From Eledone cirrhosa (lineage: Eukaryota): a stretch of 64,000 nucleotides of DNA. The notes beneath the pieces are model-generated. The model searched no databases, was not told where the DNA came from, and saw only the letters and a list, made by a program, of their open reading frames with translations. Below are positions 41,650-56,415 of this stretch, piece after piece (the first letter of the stretch is position 1; each line of letters opens with the position of its first letter). Both the position numbers and the translations under genes were made by a program. The stretch spans positions 18,786,001-18,850,000 of the forward strand of contig OZ024751.1 in NCBI GenBank assembly GCA_964016885.1, read 5' to 3'.

Positions 41650-42460
41650 TGTGTATGTATGTATGTATGTGTATTAGTGTATGTCTGTATGAGTATTAGT
41701 GTATGTATGTGTATTAGTGTACGTATGTATGTGTATTAGTGTACGTATGTATGTGTATTAGTGTACGTATGTATGTGTATTAGTGTATGTATGTATGTGT
41801 ATTAGTGTATGTATGTATGTGTATTAGTGTATGTATGTATGTGTATTAGTGTATGTATGTGTATTAGTGTAAATATGTATGTGTATTAGTGTAAATATGT
41901 ATGTGTATTAGTGTATGTATGTATGTGTATTAGTGTATGTATGTATGTGTATTAGTGTGTGTATGTATGTGTATTAGTGTACGTATGTATGTGTATTACT
42001 GTATGTATGTATGTGTATTAGTGTAAATATGTATGTGTATCAGTGTATGTATGTATGTGTATTAGTGTATGTATGTGTATTAGTGTATGTATGTGTATTA
42101 GTGTATGTATGTGTATTAGTGTAAATATGTATGTGTATTAGTGTATGTATGTATGTGTATTAGTGTATGTATGTATGTGTATTAGTGTGTGTATGTATGT
42201 GTATTAGTGTACGTATGTATGTGTATTACTGTATGTATGTATGTGTATTAGTGTAAATATGTATGTGTATTAGTGTATGTATGTATGTGTATTAGTGTAT
42301 GTATGTCTATTAGTGTATGTATGTGTATTAGTGTATGTATGTGTATTAGTGTATGTATGTATGTGTATTAGTGTATGTAGTATATATGTATGTGTATTAG
42401 TGTGTATATGTGTATTAGTGTATATACGTATGTGTATTAGTGTGTATATGTGTGTTAGTA
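41650..42460. repeat. 18-22 bp minisatellite GTGTATTAGTGTATGTAT(GTAT)
   Basis: About 38 visible units. Confidence 0.92.
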
Positions 42461-42534
42461 TGACAAATAAGAGGAGAAGCGAATGGATGAGAGGAGAGAG
42501 ACAGAAAAAAGTGGAGAAACTTTGAAATAAACAG

Positions 42535-42605
<71 letters not shown>

Positions 42606-42656
42606 GAGAGAGAGAGAGGGAAGGGGGAGAAAGTGACAAACAGACAGACATATAGA

Positions 42657-42830
42657 TATATTTCTTTATTAGGCACAAGGGCGCACAAGAAAAGGGGATA
42701 ATACAAAGACACATGCGGGGATTTTACATACAGTCGTGTAAACATATTGAAACACAATTATAACAATCGAAATCCCCAATAGGGAGGAAGCGCCACAAAT
42801 GGGTTGTTTAATACCCCGTCGATAGAACAT
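42657..42830 (-). mobile_element. L1/Tx1-like LINE 3' UTR fragment in (TAGA)n context
   Basis: Paralogue of 43056-43230; ends AATAAAGAAAT on the minus strand. Confidence 0.7.
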
Positions 42831-43055
42831 ATAGATAGATAGACAGACATATAGATAGATAGATTGGTAGAGGGAGGGGTTGATAGAGAGAGAGAGAAAG
42901 AGAGAGATTGATAGGTAGGTACGTATATAGGTACGTATATAGCTAGCTAGATGAAAGAGATACATAAATAAATCAGTTAGGAGATCGATATATAAATATA
43001 TATGGATATATGTACAAAGACAGATAAACAGACAGACAGATAGATATATAGATAG

Positions 43056-43437
43056 ATTTCTTTATTTGCCACAAGGGTTCACAAGAAAAGGGGTCAATAC
43101 AAGGACATATGCCGGGGATTTTACATACAGTCGTGTAAAAAAATATTTTCAACAAACAAATTTAACAATCGAAATCCCCAATAGGGGTGAGGCGTTACAA
43201 ATAGGTTGTTTAATACCTCGTCGATAGAACAACCCTCAACTCCAGGAGCGTGTTGTGCAAGTGCTCCTTTCTTCCTTTTGCTCTCATCTTCAACCTACAG
43301 GTTTATATACAGAGAAGGCCCAGTCACTCGGGCCATTTTTGCTACATTCACCCACCGTTCAGTAAATTTACTGGGGTGCAGTGCCTCTCTTTCCACCCTG
43401 ATTCTCCTTCTAAAGTGGTGCCTAAAGAAGGGAATGA
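43056..43437 (-). mobile_element. L1/Tx1-like LINE 3' end (ORF2 C-terminus plus 3' UTR)
   Basis: Minus frame LIPFFRHHFRRRIRVEREALHPSKFTERWVNVAKMARVTGPSLYINL* (F..RW terminal motif), AATAAA, (ATCT)n tail; TAGA repeats on both sides. Confidence 0.65.
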
Positions 43438-45249
43438 GTTGATAGATAGATAAATAGAATGATAGATAGATAGATAAATAGATAGATAGATAGACGGAGA
43501 GAGAGAGAGAGAGAGAGAAAGAGATAGATATGAGGGAGGGAGAGAGAAAGAAAGAGAGTGGTAAATAGATAGATAGAGGAAGAGAGAAAGAGAGTGAGAA
43601 AGAGATGGATAGATAGATAGATGGAGGGAGAGAGAAAGAAAGAGAGTGAGAAATAGGTAGACAGATAGATAGAGAAAGAAGGAGAGGAGGTGATTAGGGA
43701 AGAGGATGAAGAGAACTGGAGGGGGGGTTAGAAGATATATTTAAGAGTTATTAATTGCTTTAATATAGAGACAGATAGGTTTGAAAAGATTAAAACATTT
43801 TTCTTGTTTAATTTGATTTCATTCTGCATCAGTAACACCAATAAAAACAACAACAATAACAAGAAGGAATAGGACAACAACAGCAATAACAACTATAATA
43901 AAAGCACCAATAAATTCGCCGTAAACAACAACAACAACAACATCAACAGCAACAAAAATAACAACAAGAAATTCACCATAAAAAACACCAACATCATCAA
44001 ATTCATTACAGACAGCAGCAACAACAACAACAACAACAGCAGCAACATTAACAAGAAATTCGTCATATAGGACGAAAACAACAATATCCATAAATACATT
44101 AAATCAACAACAACAACAACAACACTAACACTAATGATATTAACAACGAAAATGAAATAGAACAACAGCAACAATAGTAGTGACAGTATGGCGGCGGAAC
44201 TATTAAAATTTAAATACTAAGCAGAATTAAAAAAGCTGGCCGGAGGTGGGTAGGGAGAGATGAATGTGGGGGAGTGTGCATTGGAATGGAAACTTTAGTG
44301 ATACAAAATCAAGCCATACGTCAGATTTCGTCAAAGTCATAAGCTATGACAATCATGTCAGATCTCAACCATAACTGTAATGACACATATGAGAGATTAT
44401 CTCAGGCTCGACGTTGTTATTATTGTTGTTGTTCTTCTTCTTGTCTTTTACCCCAAGGCCAGCTTTGATTGAGGAAAACTTATGATCAAGAGCATTTCAA
44501 ACGTGTCCTTCTCGATGGTTTAAAATGTTTCCAAGGTACGACAATCGGTTGAACATTTTATAAGCTGGCCAAAATACTCTCATGAGGTTTATTTTTCTAT
44601 ATAATCCCTGGAAAGAAACACTGCTGTTATTAATTTGAAATTAATGCATTCATCGCTCCTTCATAGTCAGCCCGTGATTACGGTTATCGAATATATAGAT
44701 CTACTAGAGGCAAATTATATTATGTACCGCCCCAAGAGACTCCAGGGAACCTTTAAACATTGGTGGGACCGCGGTAGTGTTGTCCTGAACCGCATGAAAG
44801 CATTAGAAATGTTTGACACGCGAATATCCGGTCAAAACCAACCATCTATGGACACTAACAATTTATTACCTCCTGTGACCCCAGGAATAACAGTTAAGTC
44901 CAGAGACCGTCCTCCCCAGGACACCTGAATTTTACTCCACCCAGATCAGAAAAATCACACACACACACACACTAACAAACATACATCCATCCATAAATAC
45001 ATATAGACACATACACACACACACACACTCATATGTATATATCTATACATACCAACCACGTTTTCTATCCTTCCTCTACAGACATCCACCTCCTCCTCCT
45101 CTTGCCCCACCCACATCTCTATGTCCCAATGTCCCACATCATCTCCTCCTGACAACCCCATACCCCCAGTCCATCAATTAATTAAGACATCTTTCACACC
45201 TCACTGAAGATGTTGCATGCAATCAGCTACAATCCTTATTACACTGGTT

Positions 45250-45896
45250 GAGGTGGTGGTGGTGGTGGTGGTGTGGTGGTGGTGATGGTGGTGGTGGTGG
45301 TAGCAGTGGTGTTGGTATTGGTGGCGACTTTGGTGATGGTGGTGGTGTGGTGGTGGTGATGGTGGTGGTGGTGGTGGTAGCAGTGGTGTTGGTATTGGTG
45401 GCGACTTTGGTGGTGGTCGTGATAGTGGTGGTGTGGTGGTGGTGGTGATGGTGGTGGCAGTGGTGGTGGTGGTGGTGGTGGTGGTAGCAGTGGTGTTGGT
45501 ATTGGTGGCGACTTTGGTGATGGTGGTGGTGTGGTTGTGATGGTGGTGGTTGTGATGGTGGTGGAGGTGGCGGTGGTGGAGGGCATGGTAGTGGTAGTAG
45601 TGGCGGTGGTGGTGGTGGTGATGGTGGTAGCAGTGGTGTTGGTATTGGTGGCGACTTTGGTGGTGGTGGTGTTGGTGGTGGTGATCATGGAGGGCATGGT
45701 AGTGGTAGTAGTGGCGGCGGCGGCGGTGGTGGTGGTGGCGGTGGTGGAGGTGGCGGTGGTGGAGGGCATGGTAGTGGTAGTAGTGGCGGTGGTGGTGATG
45801 GTGGTAGCAGTGGTGTTGGTATTGGTGGCGACTTTGGTGGTGGTGGTGGTGGTGGTGTTGGTGGTGGTGATCATGGAGAGCATGGTAGTGGTAGTA

Positions 45897-45938
<42 letters not shown>

Positions 45939-46340
45939 GTGCAGGTGGAGGTGGCGGTGGTGGAGGGCATGGTAGCTGTAGTAGTGGCGGTGGTGGTGGT
46001 GGTGGTGGTCGTGGTAGCAGTGGTGTTGGTGGTATTGGTGGTGGTGATCATGGAGGGCATGGTAGCGGTAGTAGTGGCGGTGGTGGAGGACATGGTAGCG
46101 GTAGTAGTGGCAGTGGTGGTGGTGGAGGCGGTGGTGGAGGGCATGGTAGCGGTAGTAGTGGCGGTGGTGGAGGACATGGTAGCGGTAGTAGTGGCGGTGG
46201 TGGTGGTGGAGGCGGTGGTGGAGGGCATGGTAGCGGTAGTAGTGGCAGTGGTAGTGGTAGTGGTGTTGGTATTAGTGGCGATTTTGGTGGTGGTGGTGCT
46301 GCTGATGGAGGGCATGGTAGCGATAGTAGTGGTGGTATTG
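45250..46340. repeat. (GGT)n-derived compound minisatellite
   Basis: Recurrent GGTAGCAGTGGTGTTGGTATTGGTGGCGACTTT and GGAGGGCATGGTAG units. Confidence 0.9.
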
Positions 46341-47090
46341 TTTGTATATATGTGTATGAGTGTGTATATAGGTAGATTTAGAGAGAGTGAGTGTGAGCGA
46401 TGGTATGGGGCAAATGTTAGGTTGTAATGGTGAAGGTAGTGATGGCGGCAGTGGAAATGAGGGTGGAAGTAGAGCTGGTTAAGAAGGGGAGATAATTTAA
46501 TATTATTAGTGGTTGTGGCTGTTGTAGGATAGCTATGTGGATAGGAGAGGGAGTTGGAGAGAGAGAGAGAGAGATAAGGATTCAAACCAGATTTCAAAGT
46601 GTTGGTGTTCCTTAGAGGGGTGTTAGTAGTTGTGATACATTAGTTAGAGCAAACACCATGTTACATATATGTTTATGTGCGTGAATGAGTTCTTGCGTGT
46701 TGGATGTCCATCGCTTCCGTCAACGAGTGTTCCAGTTGTGTTCTTACTCCTGGCTCTTTGAATTACAGGTAGAATTTCAATTTTTGGAAGTTATCTGGAC
46801 TGGAGCAACACTCCGCCGAGAATCAAAATTGCGGTTTTTGCGATCGTGAGCTTAAAGCCCTAACAACTAAGCCACACATGTTGCACAAACTTGTTAATAA
46901 CGATAAAGGTGATAAATAAATTACTTCCAAATCATTATAAAAAATTCTAAATGCAAGTATGTCTTATTCGTATTTTTGGTGGGTTTATTTAACTGCCGTA
47001 AAGGCTACCAATATAATTTTCGGTTTGGCCCTGTAATATATACCGAAACCTGATTATATAACGTACAGTTGGCAGCTGATGAGGGGAGCG

Positions 47091-47186
47091 ATTAACTTTG
47101 CTTTTCATCCTTACGGGGTCAATAAAATAAAGTACCAGTAATGCACTGGGTAATTGCTGGCCTTGTGCCAAAAGTAGAAACAATTA
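47091..47186 (+). mobile_element. SINE family A, 3' half
   Basis: Core plus tail match. Confidence 0.88.
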
Positions 47187-47605
47187 CTTTATATTGTGTC
47201 CTAGCGTTTCCAAGAAGCAATTTTTGTTGCAAATCGCGCAATGCATTTACTAGAACGATAGATTTATACAATATATTCCTGTGTTTACAGATCTGGCTCT
47301 TGAGACCAACCAGCGAGAGGCGAACTCTTTTACACACAAGGCACGTATGTAAAATGCTGAACATATAACATATTCATGTATGTATTTAAAATACATACAT
47401 ACATACATACACATTCATTCGTGCATAAATACATACATTAATACATACATTAATACATGCATATATATAGATATATATATACATATGGGAGACAAGCATA
47501 AAAATAGTAAAGTATGAGGAAAAAAGCACAAAATTATAAATAGCTAAGTGGTAACTGTGGAGGAGGTTGAAGAGGAAAGAATGAAAGAAAGTAAGAGAGG
47601 GAGAT

Positions 47606-47686
<81 letters not shown>

Positions 47687-48375
47687 TATATAAAGAGATA
47701 GAGAGATAAAGAGATAGATAGATAAATAGATAGATAGAGAGAGAGATATATATAAAGAAATAGATAGAGAGCCAGATAGATAGCACACAGACAAGTAGAT
47801 AGATAGTAATTAGAGAGCGAGAAAGAGAGAGAAACGGGGGGGGGGGATGCGAGAAAGTAAAACAAGAAAGGAAACAACGAAATGTAATGAGCGAAATGAA
47901 AGATGCTAGAAAGAAAAGAAAGAAGTTAGGTTAGAGATAATTATTGTAAAGGCAGACGACAATATGGCGTCTGTCACATGATATAAAATTGCTTCCTCTT
48001 GTCATACAAACCCTTCAGATTTGTCAACTTGTGTTAATTGTAGCAACGTACACGATTGGTTAAATCTGGTTAGTCTGATGGAAAAGGATGGAGTAGTGAG
48101 GATGAGGAAGGGAGGAGGGAAAACGGATGAGACAGATGAAGATGGAAGAGAGACCTTATATGAAATCGGGAATAGGAAAATGTGGGAGAGAAATTGAGAG
48201 AGAAAGAGCGAGATGTGTGAAGAGAAGAGAAAAAGAGTAAGAAAGGAAGGAAAAAGAAAAAAATTGAAGGAAATTTAGAAAGAGAGGGATAGGGCTAGGG
48301 AATAAAGAAGTAAGAGTAACTTTTGAGGGGGTAGATAGAGAAATAAAGAGATAGGTATATATATATATATGTGTG

Positions 48376-48474
<99 letters not shown>

Positions 48475-48556
48475 AGATAGAAATGTGAGGAAGGAGGGTG
48501 ACAATGATGGAAGGAAATGAAGGATGGAAGGAAATATATGCATGAAAGAAAGAAAT

Positions 48557-48663
48557 AATTGTTACTACTTTTGGCACAAGGCTAGCAATAACCCAGTACA
48601 TTACTGGTACTTTATTTTATCGACCCCGTAAGGATGAAAGGCAAAGTTAACCTCGGCGGGATT
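48557..48663 (-). mobile_element. SINE family A, 3' half
   Basis: Reverse complement of core plus tail. Confidence 0.88.
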
Positions 48664-48817
48664 TAATAATGAGAGAATGAATTAACGAAAGAATAAAATC
48701 TATTCATAGAACTATTTGAGGTTTGTTACTTGATTTTACAAAACACACGCACACACATATACATACATACATACATACTCCTACATATATATATATATAT
48801 ATATATATAAATACATT

Positions 48818-48849
<32 letters not shown>

Positions 48850-48892
48850 TATATATATGGATATATACTCAAACACACATATATATATGTAT

Positions 48893-48929
<37 letters not shown>

Positions 48930-49047
48930 GGTATGTATATTTTGAGGTTAAGGAGTTATGTCCCCCTGAGATGCACATAGAGCGTCTTTTACTATAGCCT
49001 CACTTTCACCAACGCTTTCTTAGTGGGGAAACTGCAGATGCTCATCG

Positions 49048-49089
<42 letters not shown>

Positions 49090-49641
49090 CGTATGTGTAT
49101 GTGTGGGTATGTGTATGTGTGTGTTTGTGTATATTCCTATCTGAATTGTTCGACGAAAAAAGTGATCTAATAAAAAAAAGTGATTGAGAAAAATAAATGA
49201 ATAAAATGGCTGGGTTTAATATATATTTCGACAAAGTCCCTACAAATACGTGCCCCAGTATGGCCACAGTCAAATGTCTGAAGCCAGTCAAAGAACAAAA
49301 GAATAGGCGAATAAAACAAACTACTACAACAACAATAAGAAACAACAAAAATATCTCATAAACGTCACAGGCATTCTATTTACATTTTTCCGGTAAATTT
49401 AAGACATCGTGCCTAATCAAAAGTAACACAACAATGTATTGATATAGTCTTAATGCTAAAATGCTACATATGTAGTATGTCATGGAAAGGAATGCGTTCC
49501 CAGTCTTCTCAGTGTATTTCAGTGTATTTCAGTGTATTTCAGGCATCCGCCATTTTGGCTGACGTACTCGCCAGTCAGTTTCTTGAGAAATTAGTTCCGA
49601 CATTGATAATAGGGCTTTGATTTTGTTATTTTTATATGTAC

Positions 49642-49688
<47 letters not shown>

Positions 49689-49708
49689 TATGTAAACATT
49701 TATATATG

Positions 49709-49747
<39 letters not shown>

Positions 49748-49910
49748 TTGTGGGGGGGGGGGGGTATGAATATATACACACACACACTATATATATATAT
49801 ATATATAATAAATGTATACACACAAATACATACATATGTATAACACATATACAATGTAGATGTACTTAATACATATACACCCACAAACACCCACACTCGT
49901 ATGTATGTAT

Positions 49911-49958
<48 letters not shown>

Positions 49959-50529
49959 TGCGTGCGTCCTCTGTGTGAATATGCATATATATATATATAT
50001 ATATATGTGTATATATATGTTTGTATGTATGTATTTCAATGGTAATAAAGACTTATCTTCCTAGCTAGTCTATGGTCATTCTTCTGTAAAATTCTCAAAT
50101 GTTTATGATTTCACTCACTTGACCACTTGACACTTAGGGTGACAGCCATTGTATGATCTCTCAGACATAATTAATAGAAGTGATATTATCCACACTTTAG
50201 TCTCGTATATCGAGAGAGTGACCATTGAAAGAGAGCACAACATAACCGAAGTATTACTAACACACCGTAGACTTTGAAGAGCGTGAAATCATAATTAATT
50301 TCTTGTAGTACTTGACGTAGATACTTTCATTAAAGACAATCGTGTTGATATAGTTAAATACGTACATCTAAGTGTTGCTTGGTCTAGTTGGTTGGCCTGT
50401 TGGGCGGTTGGCCGGTTGGCCGGTTGGCCGGTTGGCCGGTTGGCTGGCTGGTTTGGTGGTTGTGTTGGTGACACTGAGAATGTGTCAGTTGCAGTCGAAA
50501 AGATTGTCTTGTCGCATTATTACTTATTG

Positions 50530-50720
50530 ACGGTGGATTGGCAGTATAGGTAGAGAGTCGGACACCATGCTTTGAAGCATAGAGTTACGTCCCTTTATGA
50601 TCTGAGTTCAAATCCCGCTGAGGTTAACTTTGCCTTTCATCCTTACGTGGGTCGATAAAATAAAGTACCAGTAATGCACTGGGATAATTGCTGGCCTTGT
50701 GCCAAAAGTAGAAACAATTA
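50530..50720 (+). mobile_element. SINE family A, full length, with TSD
   Basis: Flanked by TTATTACTTATTGA. Confidence 0.92.
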
Positions 50721-50878
50721 TTACTTATTGAAGTATAAAGAAGAAGAAGAAGAAGAAGAAGAAGAGAAGAAGAAGAAGAAGAAGAAGAAGAAGAAGAAGA
50801 AGAAGAAGAAGAAGAAGAAGAAGAAGAAGAAAGAAGAAGAAGAGAAGAAGAAGAAGAAGAAGAAGAAACAGTGAACTG

Positions 50879-50911
<33 letters not shown>

Positions 50912-50954
50912 CACACCATGAAACAGTCATAACGACACACACACACACACACAT

Positions 50955-51020
50955 AGAGCTAGAGTCCAGAAATTAGCCGACGAAACGGCTTGAGCTCTGC
51001 CGTCGGGGGTCATACTTTTT

Positions 51021-51023
<3 letters not shown>
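50955..51023 (+). mobile_element. 'GAGCTC' family fragment (hammerhead 3' half)
   Basis: GAAAC-GGCTTGAGCTCTGCC-GTC-GGGG, ending at (TA)n. Confidence 0.65.
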
Positions 51024-51082
<59 letters not shown>

Positions 51083-51279
51083 GTCTGCACGTATTTTGTG
51101 ATTCTTCATGTGTATATAATTGTATACATATATACATACGCATGAACCCATTCATACAGACAAACAGACATATATAAGCAGAGACAACTATACATACCAT
51201 ACATGCATATATATATATATATATATATATAAATATGTATACATGCATACATATATGCATACATATATACAAGCATACA

Positions 51280-52430
51280 TACATACATATGCATATATAT
51301 ATAGATACATACACATACATGCGAACGCACATACATAAAAAAATCCATACATACATACATGTATACATCCATACATACGTACATACATATGCATATATAT
51401 ATATATAGATACATACACATACATGCGAACCGCACATAACATAAAACATCCATCCATACATAACATACATACATGTATGATGGCTGCCTCCTCGTTATCG
51501 AGTATGGCCATTGCATGAGAGGAAAAAAAGAATTAATAAATAAATAAAAAATAAAATAAAAATAAAAAAAAGAAATATATATATATTATATATACATATA
51601 TATATAATATATATACATACATATACAAATACACATATACACACACATATATATACACACACACATATACATTAATAACAATAATAATAATATAATAATA
51701 ACGACAATAATAATAACGACAACAACAATAATAATAATATACATATACATATACACATACACGCACACACATAAACATATCTATAAATGCACACACACAC
51801 GATAGCAATACATACATGTATACATCCATACATACGTACATACATATGCATATATATATATATAGATACATACACATACATGCGAACGCACATACATAAA
51901 AACATCCATCCATACATACATACATGTATACATACATACGTACGTACATACATATGCATATATATATATATAGATACATACACATACATGCGAACGCACA
52001 TACATAAAAAACATCCATCCATACATACATACATGTATACATCCATACATACGTACATACATATGCATATATATATAGAGATACATACACATACATAAAA
52101 ACATCTATCTATACATACATACATGTATACATCCATACATACGTACATACATATGCATATATATATATATATATAGGTACATACACATACATAAAAGCAT
52201 CCATCTATACCATACATGTATACATTCCATACATGCGTACATACATATGCATATATATATATATAGATACATACACATACATAAAAGCATCCATCTATAC
52301 ATACATACATGTATACATCCATACATACGTACATACATATGCATATATATATATATATAGGTACATACACATACATAAAAGCATCCATCTATACATACAT
52401 GTATACATCCATACATACGTACATACATAC
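51280..52430. repeat. ~75-90 bp tandem repeat built from TACA/TA microsatellites (…GCGAACGCACATACATAAAAACATCCATCC…)
   Basis: About 9 units, interrupted at ~51480-51800. Confidence 0.8.
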
Positions 52431-53964
52431 ATATGTTCTCCCCTCTGCTAAAACACCAAACTTCATCTCCTCATCCACCATACCAAAATGTCTAGCTTTA
52501 TATAAAAAGAAATCTAATTTCTCTCATTTTATCGCCGTGTCCCGACCACATAGGACGCTGTATGCTAAACATCCTTTGATTTCTCTAGGATGAAAATAAT
52601 TTGTACAGTTTAGGGGAATTTTTTTTTTTAAGTAAAACACTCACAGACTACACACACACACTCAGACACACACATTCACAGACACACACACACACACACA
52701 CACACTCACAGACACAGAGCAACACACACACTCCAAAGACACATAAACAAACTCAGACACACCACACACTCACATGCACAGACATACACTCACACATACA
52801 CATTCACAGACACACTCACACTCACAGACACATACACTCACACACACATTCACAGACACACTCACACTCACAGACACATACACACACACACACACACTCA
52901 CATACACACTCAGAGACACACACATTCACAGACACACACACACTCACAGACACAGAGCAACACACACACTCTCAAAGACACACGGACAAACTCAGACACA
53001 CACATACTCACATGCACAGACATACACTCACACACACATTCACAGACACACTCACAGACACACACACACACTCACATACACACTCAGACACACACATTCA
53101 CAGACACACACACACTCCCACACTCACACACACAGGCATTCAAAGACACACACACACAAAAAACATTCTTTAAACAGCCACGTTGTATTTTTATTATTTT
53201 ACATTTTTTTATCATTATTCTAGCTGTTATTTTCAAACGCTGCCGGAATAAATTCGCCTTTGCCTATTTATATTCAATGTATATATATTATATATATGCA
53301 TACACATATACTTATTTATATACATATACACATACACTAATATATACACGCACACACATATACTTATATATATACACACACACGCATATACTTATATACG
53401 CACACACAGACATATATATACACACAAAAACACATACATATATGCACATATACGCACACACACACACACATATATATTCACACAAAAACACATACATATA
53501 CGCACACACACACACATATATACACACAAAAAACACATACATATATGCACGTACACACACACACATATATTTATATATATGCATACACATATACTTATAT
53601 ATATACACACACACACACACATATATACTTATATACGCATACACACATATATATATACACACAAAAACACATACATATACGCACACACACACACACATAT
53701 ATATATACACACAAAAACACATAAATATACGCACGTACACACACACATATATATTTACATATATGCATACACATATACTTATATATGCAGACACACACAT
53801 ACATATATACACACATATACACACACATATATATATATATATATAGTGTGTGTGTACGTATAAACATGATCCGTGATTGACAAGTTCATACACAACTAGA
53901 CACATGCACAGACAACATAAACATATATATGTATATAAGCATATAGATACACACTTGCACACAC

Positions 53965-54046
53965 GTGTGGCTGACTGGTTAGAGAATTGGATTCACAATC
54001 TTGAGGTTGTGAGTTCGATTCCTGGACAAGGCGAAGCGTTATGTCC
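53965..54046 (+). mobile_element. tRNA-derived head of an older SINE family (relatives on the minus strand at ~46800-46877 and ~57935-58030)
   Basis: A-box TGGCTGACTGG and B-box GAGTTCGATTCC without a closing acceptor stem. Confidence 0.6.
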
Positions 54047-54136
54047 ATATATATATATACATATATATATATGTATACATATATATATATATATGTATAC
54101 ATATATACACATATATATATATATATACATATATAA

Positions 54137-54187
<51 letters not shown>

Positions 54188-54432
54188 CATACATATATTT
54201 ATATATATATATTTATGTATATATATATATATGTATATATATGTATATATATATATGTATATATAAATATATATGTACATATATATATATATGTATATAT
54301 ATATATACATACATATATATCTACATACATATTTATATATACATATATATATACATATATATATATATACATATATAAATATATATGTATATATATATAT
54401 ACATACAGATACATATATAAATATATATATGC

Positions 54433-54463
<31 letters not shown>

Positions 54464-54475
54464 TAGATAAATATA

Positions 54476-54703
54476 CACGGATGTGTATGATTGTGTATAG
54501 AAGATTATATTAATAAGAGGAATTCTAACTTTGTCTGATTTACTCGTTTTATTTACAATCCTTTAAAATTTATAATGGTATTATAATGAAATAGTATGAT
54601 AGAATATTAAATGTTAAGTGTTAATTGAACAAGTACTTTCATGCTTTCGCAATCTTCAGGTTCATAATGTGTGGTGACAGTCAAGTTTGCAATTTTCAAC
54701 TGT
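54476..54703 (-). mobile_element. Unfolded single copy of the 11551-11980 family (arm plus tail)
   Basis: About 95% identical by eye to 11552-11785, including the tail. Confidence 0.9.
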
Positions 54704-54860
54704 AATGAGATGGGTAAATTTTGTACCTTATATACCGTGAAAAGTGGCTCCAGAATGCTAAATCTTGCAAACTGTATTTCGACCAATCGGTGTGTAGTTT
54801 CACTGAATTACTAAAGCTGATTGGTTTAGGCGTCACGGTTGGTTGAGCATGTCTAACGAC
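54703..54860 (-). promoter_or_regulatory. Candidate Pol II promoter: two CCAAT boxes, TATA box, initiator
   Basis: Minus strand: GTGACGC, AACCAATCAG (~54827-54818), GATTGG (~54788-54783), TATATAAG (54734-54727), TCATTACAGTT (54708-54698). Confidence 0.55.
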
Positions 54861-54964
54861 CACTATTTGATCCTATCCAAAGCATCAATTGTTTTGCTAT
54901 TTTTAGAAATGATGAAAATAGCATTTTCTAGTAATCATCACCATCACTTTTATTATTATTATTG

Positions 54965-54996
<32 letters not shown>

Positions 54997-55093
54997 GGTG
55001 GTGGTGGTCTTAGTCGACATGGTCGTAGTCATAGTCATAGTAGAAGTAATACCCTAAGCATTATTATTGTTCATTTAGCTTGGGTTTGAATTT

Positions 55094-55330
<237 letters not shown>

Positions 55331-56274
55331 ACCAAGAAAAAATACGTTAATGGTTCAAGTTTTTCCTGGATAGTGAAGGAAAAGAGAAGAAAAGTCAGAT
55401 ATTTCAAATTATTAAGATGAGTATGCAAATGAGGTTGAGGTATAGGGCTGAAAAAAACGTTATTTTTAGACGCTATACAGAATTTAAATAATTGGGATAT
55501 ATGTATGAGTAGGAAGAAGAAAAAACGAAAGAAGAGCTTGTATTTAATAAATTTAAAAAGAATTAACAATTTGCAGGAATGGTGGAATATGATTCCAGAA
55601 TTTAAAATGTATTTAGTTATATTATGAGTTATAATATTGTATATATATAATGAATTAGATTATATGAAGAATTATGGTTGTAAGTAGATTTTATCTTATT
55701 ACATTACAACCGGTTGTAAATATATAAATATATATATAGATTAATAATTGTGCATGTATAAGTATTATAGAAATAGAATTAAGTTACAATTATTAGTTGT
55801 TTATATTTCTCATATGAGATACGAAGGATGTTGATTCTGCATTTTACATTAAAAAAACACGTAGTTTCAAGTTTGTAAGAGGAGAACAATTTGTAGATTC
55901 AAATATTTTGTTCCATTGAAAATCTTTTCAGAATATTGTTAATTTAGCGAAGTTATATAGTTTATCATACATATTATATTATAATGTTTATGTTTGCTCG
56001 ATTGAAAAGAAAGATAACTCCAATCTTGTTTGCTAACCGTTAAATTTAATGAATGATTTCAGAAAATATATAGAGAAAATTATATATTATTTTGTGTGAG
56101 ATTAAATTCAATTATACATTATTTTAGTCGAAAGATGTTGTGAAAGTTTGAAGATCAAAGAAGAGGGAAAAAGTATTGTGCATTTCGAAGAACTATCATA
56201 AAGACTTTCAGGATGTCAATTAAAGATTATCGATCTACATCTGAAAAAATAAATATATATATATATATATATAT

Positions 56275-56415
<141 letters not shown>

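Noticed and set aside
44635-44928. 97 aa complex-sequence ORF and a possible minus-strand exon at ~44870-44924
   Set aside because: No recognisable motif and weak splice sites; cannot be supported
45239-46597. 452 aa Thr/Ala-rich ORF
   Set aside because: Translation of a GGT compound minisatellite; no coding evidence
53965-54046. tRNA gene (also 58580-58675 and the SINE heads)
   Set aside because: A and B boxes are present but there is no cloverleaf, acceptor stem or poly-T terminator; SINE-derived
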